From contig MU008169.1 in NCBI GenBank assembly GCA_010909165.1, forward strand, positions 1,488,001-1,552,000: a stretch of 64,000 nucleotides of DNA. Direction: 5' to 3'. The translations under genes were made by a program, and so were the position numbers. Within the stretch, counting starts at the first letter, position 1; the number at the start of each line of letters is the position of its first letter. Below, piece by piece: positions 12,354-24,457 of the stretch. Under the pieces are notes generated by a model. That model searched no databases. It was not told the origin of the DNA and was given only the letters and a program-made list of their open reading frames with translations. The DNA comes from Anthoceros angustus. Taxonomy: Eukaryota; Plantae; Anthocerotophyta.

Positions 12354-14079
12354 TTACTCCCAAAGACCGCTACCGAGGACCTTGACCTTTCATCGGCTCG
12401 AGTTTCTATCGATTGCCAAGAGCAGAAAGTGGAAAATGTATCTGACTTGGCCGACAGAAAGTATACCCATCCAAAACGGGTGTGATCATCAATAAAGGTA
12501 ACTTGATAAAGCGAACATTGTAGAGAGGGGGTCTGCATAGGCCCTAAGAGATCTGTATGAACTAGACCAAGAGATTCAGGACTCCTATGGGAACCTACAG
12601 GAAATTTCTTCCGTTGTTGTTTACCCAATGCGCAACTTGGACAGAAAGTTAGGTCAACAACAAACTTTAAAGGGAAACCTACCACATAGTCATGCTGCAG
12701 TAAGGCTCTCATCCTTTGTGCACCTGCGTGGCCTAACCTGAAATGCCACAAATTACTAGGTGATGAGGACACCAAGGAGCTAAATGATGTGTTAGGATGA
12801 GTCAAACTACCCACCTCAGGTTGTTGGAGGACCTCACTCTCATGATAAATCGGACTTGTGCCTAACACGAACAATCTGCCGAACCTGTGGCATGTGGCCA
12901 CAAGTTGGCGGGATTGATAAAAAAGAGTGCACTTGTTAGGGGCAAACACAAACGTGAAACCGGCCTCAAGTGCCTGTCTGACAGAAACGAGGTTCTTACT
13001 CAAGTGAGGAAAACACCAGGAAGCTCTCTCTCACCCGTAGGTAAGGTAATTGCAGCACGTGCCTTGGATTGTACGCCCGAGTCGCTCCAAGATACACGTA
13101 ACTCAACAGGTGAAATGTAAACAAACCACTCTCTCTGTCCAATCATGTGATGGGTCGCTCCCGAATCCACAAACCATGTGTAGGAGTCCAAAGTGACATT
13201 CAAGCACACTACAAAGAGACGGGCGCCGTGAGTGGCATTGCTGGAAGAGTGATCTTTCATGTCTGCAATCCGCTTGCGGCGGTCCCGTTGGTGGTGACCG
13301 GGCAATTTGCAGTAGAAACAGGTTCCGAACTTTTGCTTCTCGTTAGGATTTGTTGCTAGGGTTGCACCCCTGCTTGGAAACCCCCTGGAAGATCGCCCTC
13401 TGACGGATCCTGATTTTCCACCTGTGTACAAAGCGATGCCTTTGGATGAGGAGGAGGTGTCTCCCCCCTTCCGGCGTTGCTCCTCTTGTCTGAGCAGAGC
13501 AATGGTTTCGTCAAGAGGCCTCGGATTGGCAGTCTGGGTCATCACAAGCGCTGACCACGTGGGTGGCATAGTTTGTAGCAATTGCACTGAGGCATCATTA
13601 TCAGACACTTGGGTGCGTGCAAGCTCCACTGCGTCTTTGAGGTGCATGAAGCTATTGACGAAGCGCTCAATCAACTCGGTCTCATTCATCCAGAGATTGT
13701 AGAATTTTCGGGTCAAGAAACCTTTGTTGATAGCATTGTCAAACATGTAATTGGCCTTCAAGTTGTCCCAGACCTCCTTGGAAGTCTTCAACTGCCTCAC
13801 CACACTCATCTGAGCGTCTGTTATATACAACATCAGGTTAGCCCTCGCTTTTCTGTCTTTCTAGTCCCATTCAATTTTACTGCCGGGTCCTGTCAAGGGT
13901 GTATGTCTGATGGCTTCACCTGGGGTAGGTGGTGGAGTGAGAGGCCGCTGTTCACTTTCATCAACCACACCGAACAAGTCTTTACGCAACAGGAAGACTT
14001 CGATTTTTCTGCTCCATGAAGGATAGTTGGTTCCGTCGAAAAAGTTCACCAACTTACTCACGGAATCTGAGGATCCCAT
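12354..14079 (-). pseudogene. Copia gag, protease and integrase N-terminal half
   Basis: ATG 14079 (FDGTNYPSWS..). In-frame TAG at 13861. Damaged zinc knuckle CFYCKLPGHHQRDR, protease WFVDSGATHHM, frameshift near 13000, then LWHFRLGH, CPSCALGK, LVHTDLLGP. Confidence 0.95.
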
Positions 14080-14331
14080 GTTAGTAAAATATGGCTCACA
14101 ATGAGAAGTTGATGTTCAGGTTGAGGCTCGTGTGAGCTCTAAAACATAGCCTCAGAGATGCTACGCATTGAACATCATCGTAGTTGCCGTTATTTGTTTC
14201 GTGATACCAGTCTGCTAACCAGTACAGGGTATCAATCGTTTCAAGCCATAGACGAAGAAACAACTGCTCTTTTGCCAGACTTCACCAAGGTAGTGGTTAG
14301 CCTTCCTCGTCATGGCCATCAGATGGAGGGT

Positions 14332-14343
14332 GCTTTGATACCA
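14332..14343 (-). promoter_or_regulatory. Primer-binding site for tRNA-iMet (TGGTATCAAAGC)
   Basis: Adjacent to the 5' LTR. One mismatch to the canonical TGGTATCAGAGC. Confidence 0.9.
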
Positions 14344-14571
14344 TATTAAATGGTGATGAGCATATGCATACTTAGATTACACACATGCTAGGAAAAGATT
14401 CTGAATAGATTAGTTATCACATCGTGTGTGTGTGGGCACATAGGCACTCTGTGGGCAGGCACTGGTGCCTGTTGGTGATGGAGAGACGTGACCCTTCACA
14501 AGAGGTATGTTCTCTCCTAACTGTCCAGCACACTAACTGCTAGCCTAACTGGAGCAGTCTGAATTCCAATA
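14344..14571 (-). repeat. Copia 5' LTR (228 bp)
   Basis: Pairs with 5977-6218. Followed on the plus strand by TSD TCTAG. Confidence 0.95.
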
Positions 14572-15122
14572 TCTAGCGGGTCTCGATTCTTCATGTAAAT
14601 GCGTGTCCAGACACAGCCCTGAAGGTGAATCGTGATGCGACAAAAGGCATGGTGGGGGGTGGCATTTCCAACGCACAGACTCGGCTAGCCTGCACTGAAC
14701 ACCTAGCAGCCAGCCGACAGCTACATTTAGGGCTGGGAATTGGGTTCTACATGTAGGCCTGACGAGGGGGAAGATGGGCTGCCGTATTAGTTGCATCAGC
14801 AGACGAGAAGGGGAGGTCGGAGAGGAGAGGCCAGGTGGGCACCGTCTTCTTAGACATGGACGATGCTCCGTTCGACGCCGAAGCGTATGCGGCGTGTGAA
14901 GCGCGGTGTGGTGTCGGAGCGAGTGTGTCTATCACCCAGTAGCTCCGGCATGGAAGTTCTTGAAAAGAGGGATGATACTCGAAAGGCAGATTGGGGCTCT
15001 CCGACTTAGGAGCAGGAGCGGGGCTCTCCGATTTGCTAGTTTGTCGACCCATAAAGAGTTTGTTCTTATTATATACCATTTAACTATGTATATATGTAGG
15101 TATGCAGTGCTCACCTTCGAAC

Positions 15123-16181
15123 CAGGGTGTCATTTTGACCCCGCCCCAAGCTCGGTCCCGGTCCCGGCATGTGTTAAAAAACATGGGACCGGAGGTTCTT
15201 CAGTCGGTCCCACCCTCGGTCCCCTATTTTTCGGGACCGAGGGTTCATAAAAGGTCCGTTTAAAATTAGTAAATTACTTAATTTTATATCCAAGGATTTA
15301 TATTTATTATGGACACATGGACCCATCTTATAATTGGTATGGTCATAAAAGACACTTACCATGGATCTATGGGCTATGTCTTTATTTATCTAATACAATC
15401 CATGGTCTATTACTATAGCCTTTATTCTATGAGATTTTATTAGCTTATTATTTTGATACATCTATAAAAAGTAGATATGTAATATTTTGCTTTGAATGTA
15501 GTTATTAACGTATAAAATTTGTTGATATGCACACTCATCCATGAAGATGCACTAAGATATAGTATCTCAACCATAGGCTTACATATGACTCTTATCCTAT
15601 CATGCTATGAATAGTCACCCTTCAAGAGTACATAAGGCCACAACACTAGCATTTGGAGCATCACTCATTGTTGCTCTCCTCATTGTGGTGTGCTTGTTGT
15701 TCTTCTTTCTTGCTTCTTATTCTTCTTCCTTGCTCCTTATTGTTCTTTCTTGGTAATGGCTCTTCTTTTTTAGAACTCATCTCTTTTTCAGCTCTTTAGG
15801 TTTAGAGTTCATTTTTGTTTGAGCTCATCTCTTTTTAAGCTCTTTGGTCATACCTTGTAGTACTGCTATATGTGAGCAGGGATTTTCTGAACAAAACTTT
15901 GTGATGAATAACATAAGAACTAATCTTAATATTTTGACCGTTGATGCATTGATGAGTATATCCATCAATGGTCCGCCTATTAAGGAGATAGATTGGAATG
16001 CTATTTTTAAAGCTTGGAAAGACCAGCCCCGACGATAGAATATACTAGACATTTGTATATTTTAAATATTATTATTTATAAATTATTTATTTAATATTTA
16101 TTATATTTAGTGACCAAGGGTCGCAAAACGGCACGGTCCGTGCCCGGGACTGAGATAGTACTCGGTCAAAATGACACCCTG
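15123..16181 (+). mobile_element. Non-autonomous hAT DNA transposon retaining a hAT dimerisation-domain fragment
   Basis: Perfect 18-bp TIR CAGGGTGTCATTTTGACC. 8-bp TSD CTTCGAAC/CTCCGAAC. Internal 15844-16038 encodes VIPCSTAICEQGFSEQN...LMSISING (hATC-like). Confidence 0.92.
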
Positions 16182-16845
16182 CTCCGAACCACTTCCAAAG
16201 TTATAATCTATATTAATTGGACTTCAAAAGCATAAAAAGAGATCTTTTAATTGGATTAAGAAGGTCGGAATGCACGAAGCAATGGAGCTAACTACCGTAC
16301 CACGAAGAGTGCTTGCGTGGAAATTAATTGGAAATGTTAAATATTGAATTTTTGGAAATTAAATAACTCAAAATGCCGGACTCTCGAGAAACGATCACTA
16401 GAAACTGCCAAAAAGCGAGAAAACACCACGTGCACATGCCAGACTCTAGAAAAAGGTGAGAATCTCGCTGTGAGCGAGAGGGCGAGTGGGAGGCCGAGCT
16501 TGTCGGGAGGTGGTTGTGGAATTGGGGACCAGGTCATGGAGGGCCTAGCGGGACACTAGTCTCCTACGCGGCTCATTCTTGAAGGCGTTGCAGGCTGCTT
16601 TCCCAAACAAGAAGGCTCGATGAAATTAGGGCTTGATTGGGAGACTAGGGCTTCTTGGGAGGAGTTACATGTACTTGGTTCCAAGTAAGTATAAATTTTA
16701 TTAAATGTTAAAATCTGATAACAATATTTGCAAAGAATGTTGAAACTCTCAAAAATAGAAATATAAGTATTGACCTTACTGTTTTTCAAAATTTAGTTAT
16801 TTTGGCATTATCTCTTGAACCACCTCTCGGGTACGATACGTTGTA

Positions 16846-17393
16846 CAGTCGGCCCCCCCTAATTGGGAAAGTCGGCCCCCCCTAATTGGGAATTCTATAA
16901 ATGGGATTCCTCTCTAAATGGGACCTCCCATCCTACTCCCTTCAGTTTATAGTATAAAAAATGGGACTTTTCCCTAAATGGTAATTGGGACCTTTTAAAA
17001 CATACATTCATGTTAGTTTCACCTCCCTAAATAGAATTTTTAAATTTTTTTCTAAAAAATAAAAAAAGAAAAATAAATCGACTATTTCATAGCATAATAG
17101 ACTTTTAGGTGTGATTGAAGACTCTTAAGCTAAGCTTTTCCTTTGTGATAGGTAGAGGTTTTTTAATGTTGTTTAGAGAGAGTGCTAGCTTTCAAGCAAC
17201 CATATAGAGAAATGGTAAAAGTTATTTTTAGTGAAACCTATCAATCAAATTTTAAATTTTTCTTTATTTGGGTATTTTGATTTGTAAAATACATAATATT
17301 TTTATTATTTATAAATAGTCAAAATGTAATCGGGACACCTCCCGGGACCTCTAAAGGCACTTCGAACCAGTACCAATTAGGGGGGGTGGACTG
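16846..17393. mobile_element. Tc1/mariner-type MITE
   Basis: TIRs CAGTCGGCCCCCCCTAATTGG / CCAATTAGGGGGGGTGGACTG (2 mismatches), TA duplicated on both sides, AT-rich non-coding interior. Confidence 0.85.
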
Positions 17394-18389
17394 TACATAT
17401 CTCTCGAACCACCTCTCGAGGTACGGTACGTTGTACATAGCCCAACGTCCGCCTTGATATTTCATTTGGTGCAAATATTTGCCTAGTGCCTTGAAATTCT
17501 ACCCTCATCCTTAATTTGATCTAACCTCTGCAAACAATCTTTCATACATACCACAACGGCGAGTTGAAGATGTCCTCCCTCCAAGGGAATAGAAGTCCAA
17601 GGTAGAAAGTCATTCTCCAATCACCACAAAATCTAAGGCCTCAACAACCAAGAGGACGAGTCGGCGACCAACTCAAATCTTGCTCCTTAATTTTCTCTAC
17701 TTCAACACTTGCCCCTTAATTTTCTCTTCTCAACACTCCGCTCTTCTCCACCATGCCAGCCCTCACACTCACCGCATACTGTATGTAGTTGGGCCGAGTT
17801 ACGGCAAAGGCTTGGAGCCTCTTCCTGGAGATCTTCCCCACCTATCCCTATTAATTACTAGCAATCAGCATGTCCAGTTGCCAAGTCTTGGAAATTAAAC
17901 AAAAAAACAAAATAAAAAATAGACCATCCCGTTTTCTTCAAAAAAGACCTCGTTAATTAAAGCTTGTGTGGTTCAGCATCCTGCCATCCTTTCGAATTCT
18001 GAAAGGAAACATCGCATACCAAAACTTGTTAGAGGCTACATATACATGTGGCAAGATGTGGATTCTCTACAGAGACAATGTAGGAAAGGACATACTCCGA
18101 GAAAGATTAGTGCAGGAAAGGACATACTCCGAGAAAGATTAGTGCAGACTGGACAGAAGCCTGCACTCACCTGTTCCAGAAACTAAAACATAGTAGAAAC
18201 TGTCTGCACCAGGGATTCCAGGAATACACCAGCCTCAGAGTAACATGCAGTCAAATCGCCCATTCCCAATCTTGAACACATAGCCGGTTGGGCATACACA
18301 GCTATTAGAGCATCTCATGTTCACCACATGTTCACCACATGCTCATGCTCGATTCAGCTCTGGTCAGGCACCCCCATGAACCTGCCAGA

Positions 18390-18510
18390 GGAAGACGCAG
18401 CAACGAGCAGCTAGACGGACTGCAGCCCAGCGGAGGAAGATGCACCAACGAGTAGCTACAGGGACTGTAGCCTAGCGGAGGAAGACGCAGCAAGGAGCAG
18501 AGCTAGTGAG
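18390..18510. repeat. Short tandem repeat (~45-bp unit, ~2.5 copies)
   Basis: GAGGAAGA(C/T)GCA(G/C)CAA(C/G)GAG(C/T)AG recurs three times. Confidence 0.7.
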
Positions 18511-19479
18511 TTAGATAGGCCATCCAGGATTAGACGGACAGCAGATTAAGGTAACCCAGAAGACACTAATAACCCAACTAGCAACAAGACCAGTTAAGCA
18601 GATCCGTGGTGAAGAACCTGGGTCAGGCCGAGCCCGCTAACCAGCAGGCTCTCTTGAATACAGAACACTCCCTCGTCCGCTGTACTGTGGCTCACAGAAT
18701 TAGGTACACCTAATTCTACCAACCGGTTCAGAAGCAGTGCTGCATTGTAAAATATTGAAGGAAACGAAGAGGAACGGAAGAACGAACAGGAGGGAAGAAA
18801 GACGAAGGAAGCGAGGAAAATAGAACAATTTCCGAATCCCAATCGTAACGAAAAGAAACGATGACACTGGAAGTGCCAGTAATGGTCGCGCTTCCTGAGG
18901 CGGGCAGGCCCTTAATGGAGCTGCTGAGTAGGCTAAGTCGTGGCCGTCCCCAGCACAAATTGGTTTGGGCTGCGATCCCCAGCACAAATTGGTTTTGGCT
19001 GCAGAAGACCCAGACTAGATGCATACGAGGACCGCAGTCCTCAAAATGAGAAGAACTGACAACACGCGCAAAATTTTCCTTAATGTTGTGCACAGCAAAA
19101 GTTGGATTACGACCAGAAACAAGAAGTCCAGGCGTATGGATAGCCACATGTATACTCATGGCCCATGGACAGCGCCCGAATTTGGACCTACCTAACTAGT
19201 TTCACGTTACACTCCATGCCTTCATCCCTCATCTTCCTATTAATCCCTGCTTACTGGAAGATCGCACTAAGAATGGCGTCCCCGCATGAGAGGCCTGCAA
19301 AGTGACACACATCCTGGCCGCGACTGGAGAGCACTGATCCTTCAACCATCCTTGGCATTCACAATGCCTATCACGACCTTCCAATGGTTCCTCAAGGCAA
19401 GGTGAAAAATGTTGGCACAAACTGGAACAGCACGTCTTGGTTGGCCAGTTGTGGAACATAAGTGCCATGTGGAGGCACC

Positions 19480-20233
19480 TTATTTCTTCTTCCCCTTAGC
19501 AGCTTCTCCGCTGGCCTTGGACTGTAGGGGGGAGGGCAAACATTGAGTCAGACCATGCCAAACTTCACACCCAAACCAACAACAGCCAAAACAGAGGGGA
19601 AGTTCACCTTCTTCACTCCGCGAATCTTCTTAGCTCGGTTCTTCCTTTCCTTCATCTGCTTCCGGGACTTCTCTACCTTGGTCGCAAGACCATTCTGCAA
19701 GTGACCACGACACCATAAGGACCGTAGTCTAAGAACACCGACCACGAGATACGACTTTCGGATGCTTTACCCTAATCAGCCGGTACTTCGGCTCGTACTT
19801 CTTCGCAGAGTCCAAATTGTCGTAAATCAAGCCGAAACCTGTGGACTTGCCACCCCCAAACTGAGTCCGGAAACCAAAGACGAAGATAGTCTGTGGATCC
19901 CGCACATCGTAGACCTTGGCGAGCTTCTCCTTCAGCTCAGACTGCAAAATCACATGAGCTCCAGTTAGCCAACGAGATACAACAACAGACATCATCGCAC
20001 CAAACCTCTGCACTACATCCAATCTTACAACCCCACCTTTGAGACGTTTGGTCTCCCAGGATGAAGGACGTCAATCACCTGATGCCACATCGCAAAACGA
20101 GGGTTAAAAAGCACATGATCGGAATACCGCATGCCGCGAAAAGAGTTCAGAGGCTCACAAATTGCTTGCGCGCAAGAAGGCGATTCGTCATGAACTTCCG
20201 GGTTCGCACCGTGCAGGCCCTCGTGTCTGCCAT
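19480..20233 (-). CDS. RPS24: 40S ribosomal protein S24, 5 exons, 138 aa
   Basis: Exons 20233-20159, 20078-20037, 19941-19771, 19694-19608, 19521-19480, all GT-AG. Protein [33 protein letters not shown]...[13 protein letters not shown]...[13 protein letters not shown]. Confidence 0.98.
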
Positions 20234-20316
20234 GGCTGCACAATGCACGGGACTGAGACGGCGCAGTATTCGTTCGCAGAAGGAAGCTTTGATGTAGGTG
20301 AGAGCCTTCACGCGGG

Positions 20317-20325
20317 AAACCCTAA
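20317..20325 (+). promoter_or_regulatory. telo-box (AAACCCTAA) in the RPS24 promoter/5' region
   Basis: Exact motif ~85 bp upstream of the RPS24 ATG. Typical of plant ribosomal protein genes. Confidence 0.65.
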
Positions 20326-20997
20326 AAAATTCCGAAGTCGGGCCTATACGTATGCAACTAACGACCTAGGGCATTGTTGGACGTCTTAGGAAATTGTTTA
20401 TCTTGCTGTTACGATGACACCCTCTAAGTGAAGTCCTTGTATAGGTAGTTTTATCTTAAAATATAGTTTTAAATAAAGTTCAAATACAAGTAAAGTTAGG
20501 ATTTTATTATCGCTTAGCCTCCTCTACTCTATCGTTAAACTAGGTATATCTACCTATAGATCATTTGGTTCTATTATATAAATACTTAAATAAAAATAAA
20601 AATAAAAAATATATAATCAAATTATATATAATATTATAAAAACTATTATGATATTCTTATAAATATTATATATAAAAATAAATAACTTAAATCATCTTAA
20701 CCCTCAAATATATTGTTTTTCAACTACCTATATTATACGCTACAAAAGAACTTCTGTTTTACTCCCGGTAATGATTGTGTGCCTAGATTTTGTCCTACAC
20801 CAATTTGATATATTTCTGTCTTTCTTTCTTAGCTAAGATTAGAACTTTCATTGCAAATAAAATTTCATTCTGTGTACTCCTTCATGTAACAGTTAAACTA
20901 GAGAAATTTGATTATTAAGAACGATGTGTATCCTTTTTAATCAATACCTTCATCATGTGCAAAACATGGGCATCTAATTTAACGAATTAATCACACC

Positions 20998-21890
20998 AGC
21001 TTCTTTTTCTACGGCGATGAGGTTTCGCCCGGGTCTGGTCCAACCACTAGGCTATTCTCTTCTGGCCTACTTCTTTTTCTACCACGATGAGGTTTTGCCC
21101 GGGTCTGGTCCAACCACTAGCATGTTCTCTTCCGGCCTGCTGCCACAGGGCCACCATCGACGACCCTGGGGCCCACTTAGCGCGTTGTCTAATGGGTGGA
21201 CAACGTATTGCTACACACAATGCCATTCGAGACGTCATGTTCTCGATGGCCAAGGAGAGCGGTTTCTTCCCTTTCAAGGGGCGGCAATATACTCTGCTCA
21301 ATGGCGTCTCTATCAGAGCTGACCTTTTTCTTGACACAGGGGGGACGAGGTCTCAGTTGTGGACGTGGTTGTCACTGACCCAACCAAAGATTCTGTTAAC
21401 GACCATGTCATCATCAACCCTCCAGGTTGGGCGGCGGAAGGGAGCGCAATTAAGAAAATTTACAAGTACAGGCCCATGCAGCAAGGTCATATTTTCATCT
21501 CCCTTGTCATTGAAATCCATGGGGCCTTGGGTAAGGTTTTTTCTCGTTTTTTCAAGGAGTGTGCAAGGGCCTACCGCAACGACCGAGGCGGGGTTGGCCT
21601 CCCCCTTTCCTGTGTCGTGGCATATTTCAGGCAATGGGTTTCCATCGCCCTGCAAAGGGTGTTGGCTAGCACCATCTTTAGGACGATCACGAGTGGTGGA
21701 GATGCGGCATTGGCACCTGTGCTAAATAGGCCCTTCTCTATCTCGGACGGCGATATCTTGGGGGCGGTTGGGGGTTATAGGGTAGATTAGTGCGGGGGCA
21801 CGCCCCCCGGCCTCGGTGTCCGTCGTGGGTTGTCCTCTTTCACCTCAAGGTAGATGGGATTTCCCATCTCGTTCTTTTTATAAAGTCTCC
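20998..21890 (+). mobile_element. 5'-truncated CRE-like (RLE-type) non-LTR retrotransposon
   Basis: Zinc-finger remnant HLARCLMGGQRIATHNAIRD, RLE core ADL...DVVVTDP...KKIYKY...LVIEIHGALG, C-terminal FRQWVSIALQR, then 3' UTR. Confidence 0.85.
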
Positions 21891-21934
21891 ACATTCATTT
21901 AACGAAAGGATGAATCAACTTTATACCAAAATCA

Positions 21935-23365
21935 TTAAGAACAATCTCGGCTCTCAAAGTATAATTTGTTATGCAACACATCATATGCTATGTAAAAACC
22001 TCTCAATTGAAACACTCCTAGTACATTTGTATGGCTAGCTTTTGACATTGCTAGACACATTAAGTGTGTGCTTGGGTTTTTTTGTTCATACAAAAAACCA
22101 AATGCATGAAAAATTCCAAAAGTCCAAGTAACACCGTTATCAAACTCCATTGCAATAGTAGGAGCAATTGGAGATTTGATGCCTGTTACATCAAAACATA
22201 ATTCAAAATAAGAAGATGTCTGAATAACTGGATATTGAATTTGTCTTTTAAGTTCATCAATTAAGGGGTTAAACGCAGCCTCCACTAATGTGGTGAATGT
22301 AGATCCAGTGTCAATAAAGGTTCCTCCTCTATTTCCAGCGGCAGTTTGAAATGCACTTGCTGGAATGGGTAATAAAACATTATCGACATAGATTTTTACT
22401 ATTGCAAGGTAATAGAAATCAGGATAAGATGGATTAAAATAAATTGTTATAGACCTCATTGAAGGGGTTCCTTGTAATGCTACCTGTCCAAGCAACAAAT
22501 ACCCTGTTTTTTCGCTGTTTACAGTGGCTATTTGGGGTAGACACATAGCAAATACTCCACCTACTTTAAGTTGTGTAATGAACGAAAATTCTGATCTACC
22601 AAGGCCAAGTATCCCCGTGGCCTCATCGTCAAATTGCCCTGTTTGGAAATCGCCAGCTCCAAAAACAAAATTTTCATATAGCAACGCGTCATCACGAACG
22701 TCAGGGCTTGTGATAGTTAGTGTTTCATATGCTACAACACCACTTGTGGATTCCACACCTAATCCATATCCTAAATAATATTCACATTTTCCGGAATTTA
22801 TTGAAGTGGAATCTTTTTGACATCTTCGTTGCGGTGATAGACCTCCCTTTATACAATATGGATCTTCACATGATAGTGGGTTATAGGTGCTTGACTTGTC
22901 GGAAAAGAATTTAGGAACATTGCTTTTAAAACAATCGATGCAAGGATTGCTTTGAACCCATACAAGACTACTCCCTGTGTCCAAAATAAGTTGGAGGGGT
23001 TGTGGAGGAGTTCCGAGATTAATAGTGGTGTAATAAATTCCAGACTTATGAGTTCCTTGTATGGGATATATATAATCACCTCCAAGTCTTCTTTTGGTAG
23101 TAGAGAAATTATCGCTTCTACGAAATAAATAATTAGCTTTTGCTCTATCTCTTTTGGCTTGTAACTCCCAATCATTTATATTTGACATCTTTCTATTGGA
23201 GAAGACCTTTTGCTCACCTTCATGTACACTGATTGGCAAAATTGATAGTTTTTTCACGTTTTCATTACTGAATTCACTCCAATCACCTTCATGACGTAAA
23301 CCACCAGCAAATGAAAGTGTACAAAGAGTAGCTAAAGTATGTATGACTAATATTGCATTCGGCAT
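21935..23365 (-). CDS. Secreted A1-family (nepenthesin/CDR1-like) aspartic protease, intronless, ~476 aa
   Basis: Catalytic ILDTGSSLVW and FIDTGSTFT motifs, YYTTINLGTPP, Cys-rich insert, NVLGVFQL..FYIAYD. Signal peptide from ATG 23365 (ORF extends to 23512). Confidence 0.93.
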   Translation of the reverse strand: MPNAILVIHTLATLCTLSFAGGLRHEGDWSEFSNENVKKLSILPISVHEGEQKVFSNRKMSNINDWELQAKRDRAKANYLFRRSDNFSTTKRRLGGDYIYPIQGTHKSGIYYTTINLGTPPQPLQLILDTGSSLVWVQSNPCIDCFKSNVPKFFSDKSSTYNPLSCEDPYCIKGGLSPQRRCQKDSTSINSGKCEYYLGYGLGVESTSGVVAYETLTITSPDVRDDALLYENFVFGAGDFQTGQFDDEATGILGLGRSEFSFITQLKVGGVFAMCLPQIATVNSEKTGYLLLGQVALQGTPSMRSITIYFNPSYPDFYYLAIVKIYVDNVLLPIPASAFQTAAGNRGGTFIDTGSTFTTLVEAAFNPLIDELKRQIQYPVIQTSSYFELCFDVTGIKSPIAPTIAMEFDNGVTWTFGIFHAFGFLYEQKNPSTHLMCLAMSKASHTNVLGVFQLRGFYIAYDVLHNKLYFESRDCS

Positions 23366-24457
23366 TTTGGTTGATGATAGTTCTTCAATATTTGACAATG
23401 TTTTATACACAAATTTATACTTGATAGCATTGTTGTTTACTGCAAAAAAATCAAGTTGATTTAAGTTATCTAGAATTTTGGAACAAATAATATATATCGA
23501 TATTTCAGTCATGTTTCTCGTCGTACTATGATTTTGTAAAGTATCAATGCGTAATTTGACTTTCTATCAAGACTTTTCTTTGCATAGACCTTGAAGAACA
23601 ATATAAGTTTCCATTAAAACATTTTCTAAGGAATATAATCATAAAATATATAAGTTTTCAAGGTTTTCTATTGAAGGAATTTTTTTGTACTTGATCCCAC
23701 TTTCATCTTTTTCTTGTGGTTAAAATATCCTATAACAATATATCCAGTAATTATCCACTGTTTTATGAGTTATATTTTACCATTTCATATTAGACGAATG
23801 TAGACCATAAGATCCTTTCATTTTGAGAGACGAGAGGGATCTTCCTTTTTGAGGGAGGAGAAGGATCTTCCTTTTTGAGAGAAAAAGAATCCTTTTCGTC
23901 ACAAGACAATAAAGTCGGCATAAAAAGTGGAGCGTCCATTTTCATTTGTTTTTATATTAAAAGACTGATGCACTTAGAACAACGAATCTGATATTGGAAG
24001 ATGGATGCACTAAGAACAGAGAATCATTTCTTTCAATATTGGAAGATTGGTACACCAAGAACAAAGAATTATACAAAGGATGTTAATAATTTTAAATTAG
24101 TTAATCATTGGAAAACTTGACATACACTTTATTGGAACTTACTGGAGTTCTCTTGCCGCCACGTCCATGGTGAAAGAGCGATAATGTGAAGCAAGTTCAT
24201 GCTGAAAGCGCGATAATGTTTGCAGTGACTGCCATGTAAGGAGCAACAAACTGGAAACCTTTACTGTGGAATGTCGTGATGGCTGAAACTGAGGAACGTG
24301 AGGTGTTGCACCAAAAAGTCTCAAGAGCAGCTGTGGCTGCATTTCTTCGTTGATAATAAAGGTGAGATAGTGCTCCCTTGTCCTGTCCTGGAGTGTGTTT
24401 TTCAGAATATGTAGATGCCAAAAAAGTCTATCTGCAATAACGTAGGACATGGGACCA

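Larger units (their letters stand above)
5977..14571 (-). mobile_element. Ty1/Copia LTR retrotransposon, full-length, inactivated
   Basis: Two LTRs, 5-bp TSD TCTAG (5972-5976 and 14572-14576), PBS, PPT and gag-PR-IN-RT-RH domain order on the minus strand. Confidence 0.97.

Noticed and set aside
5860-14680. Host exon interrupted by the Copia
   Set aside because: The reconstructed empty site gives ~70 open codons (HHAFCRITIHLQG...NRDPLDGQGSQ...) but no recognisable family. That length can arise by chance.
21935-23365. Bacterial or fungal horizontal transfer as the explanation for the AT-rich protease
   Set aside because: Motifs (nepenthesin-type Cys insert, NVLG...QL...YD) are plant A1-type. 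Composition alone is not evidence of HGT.
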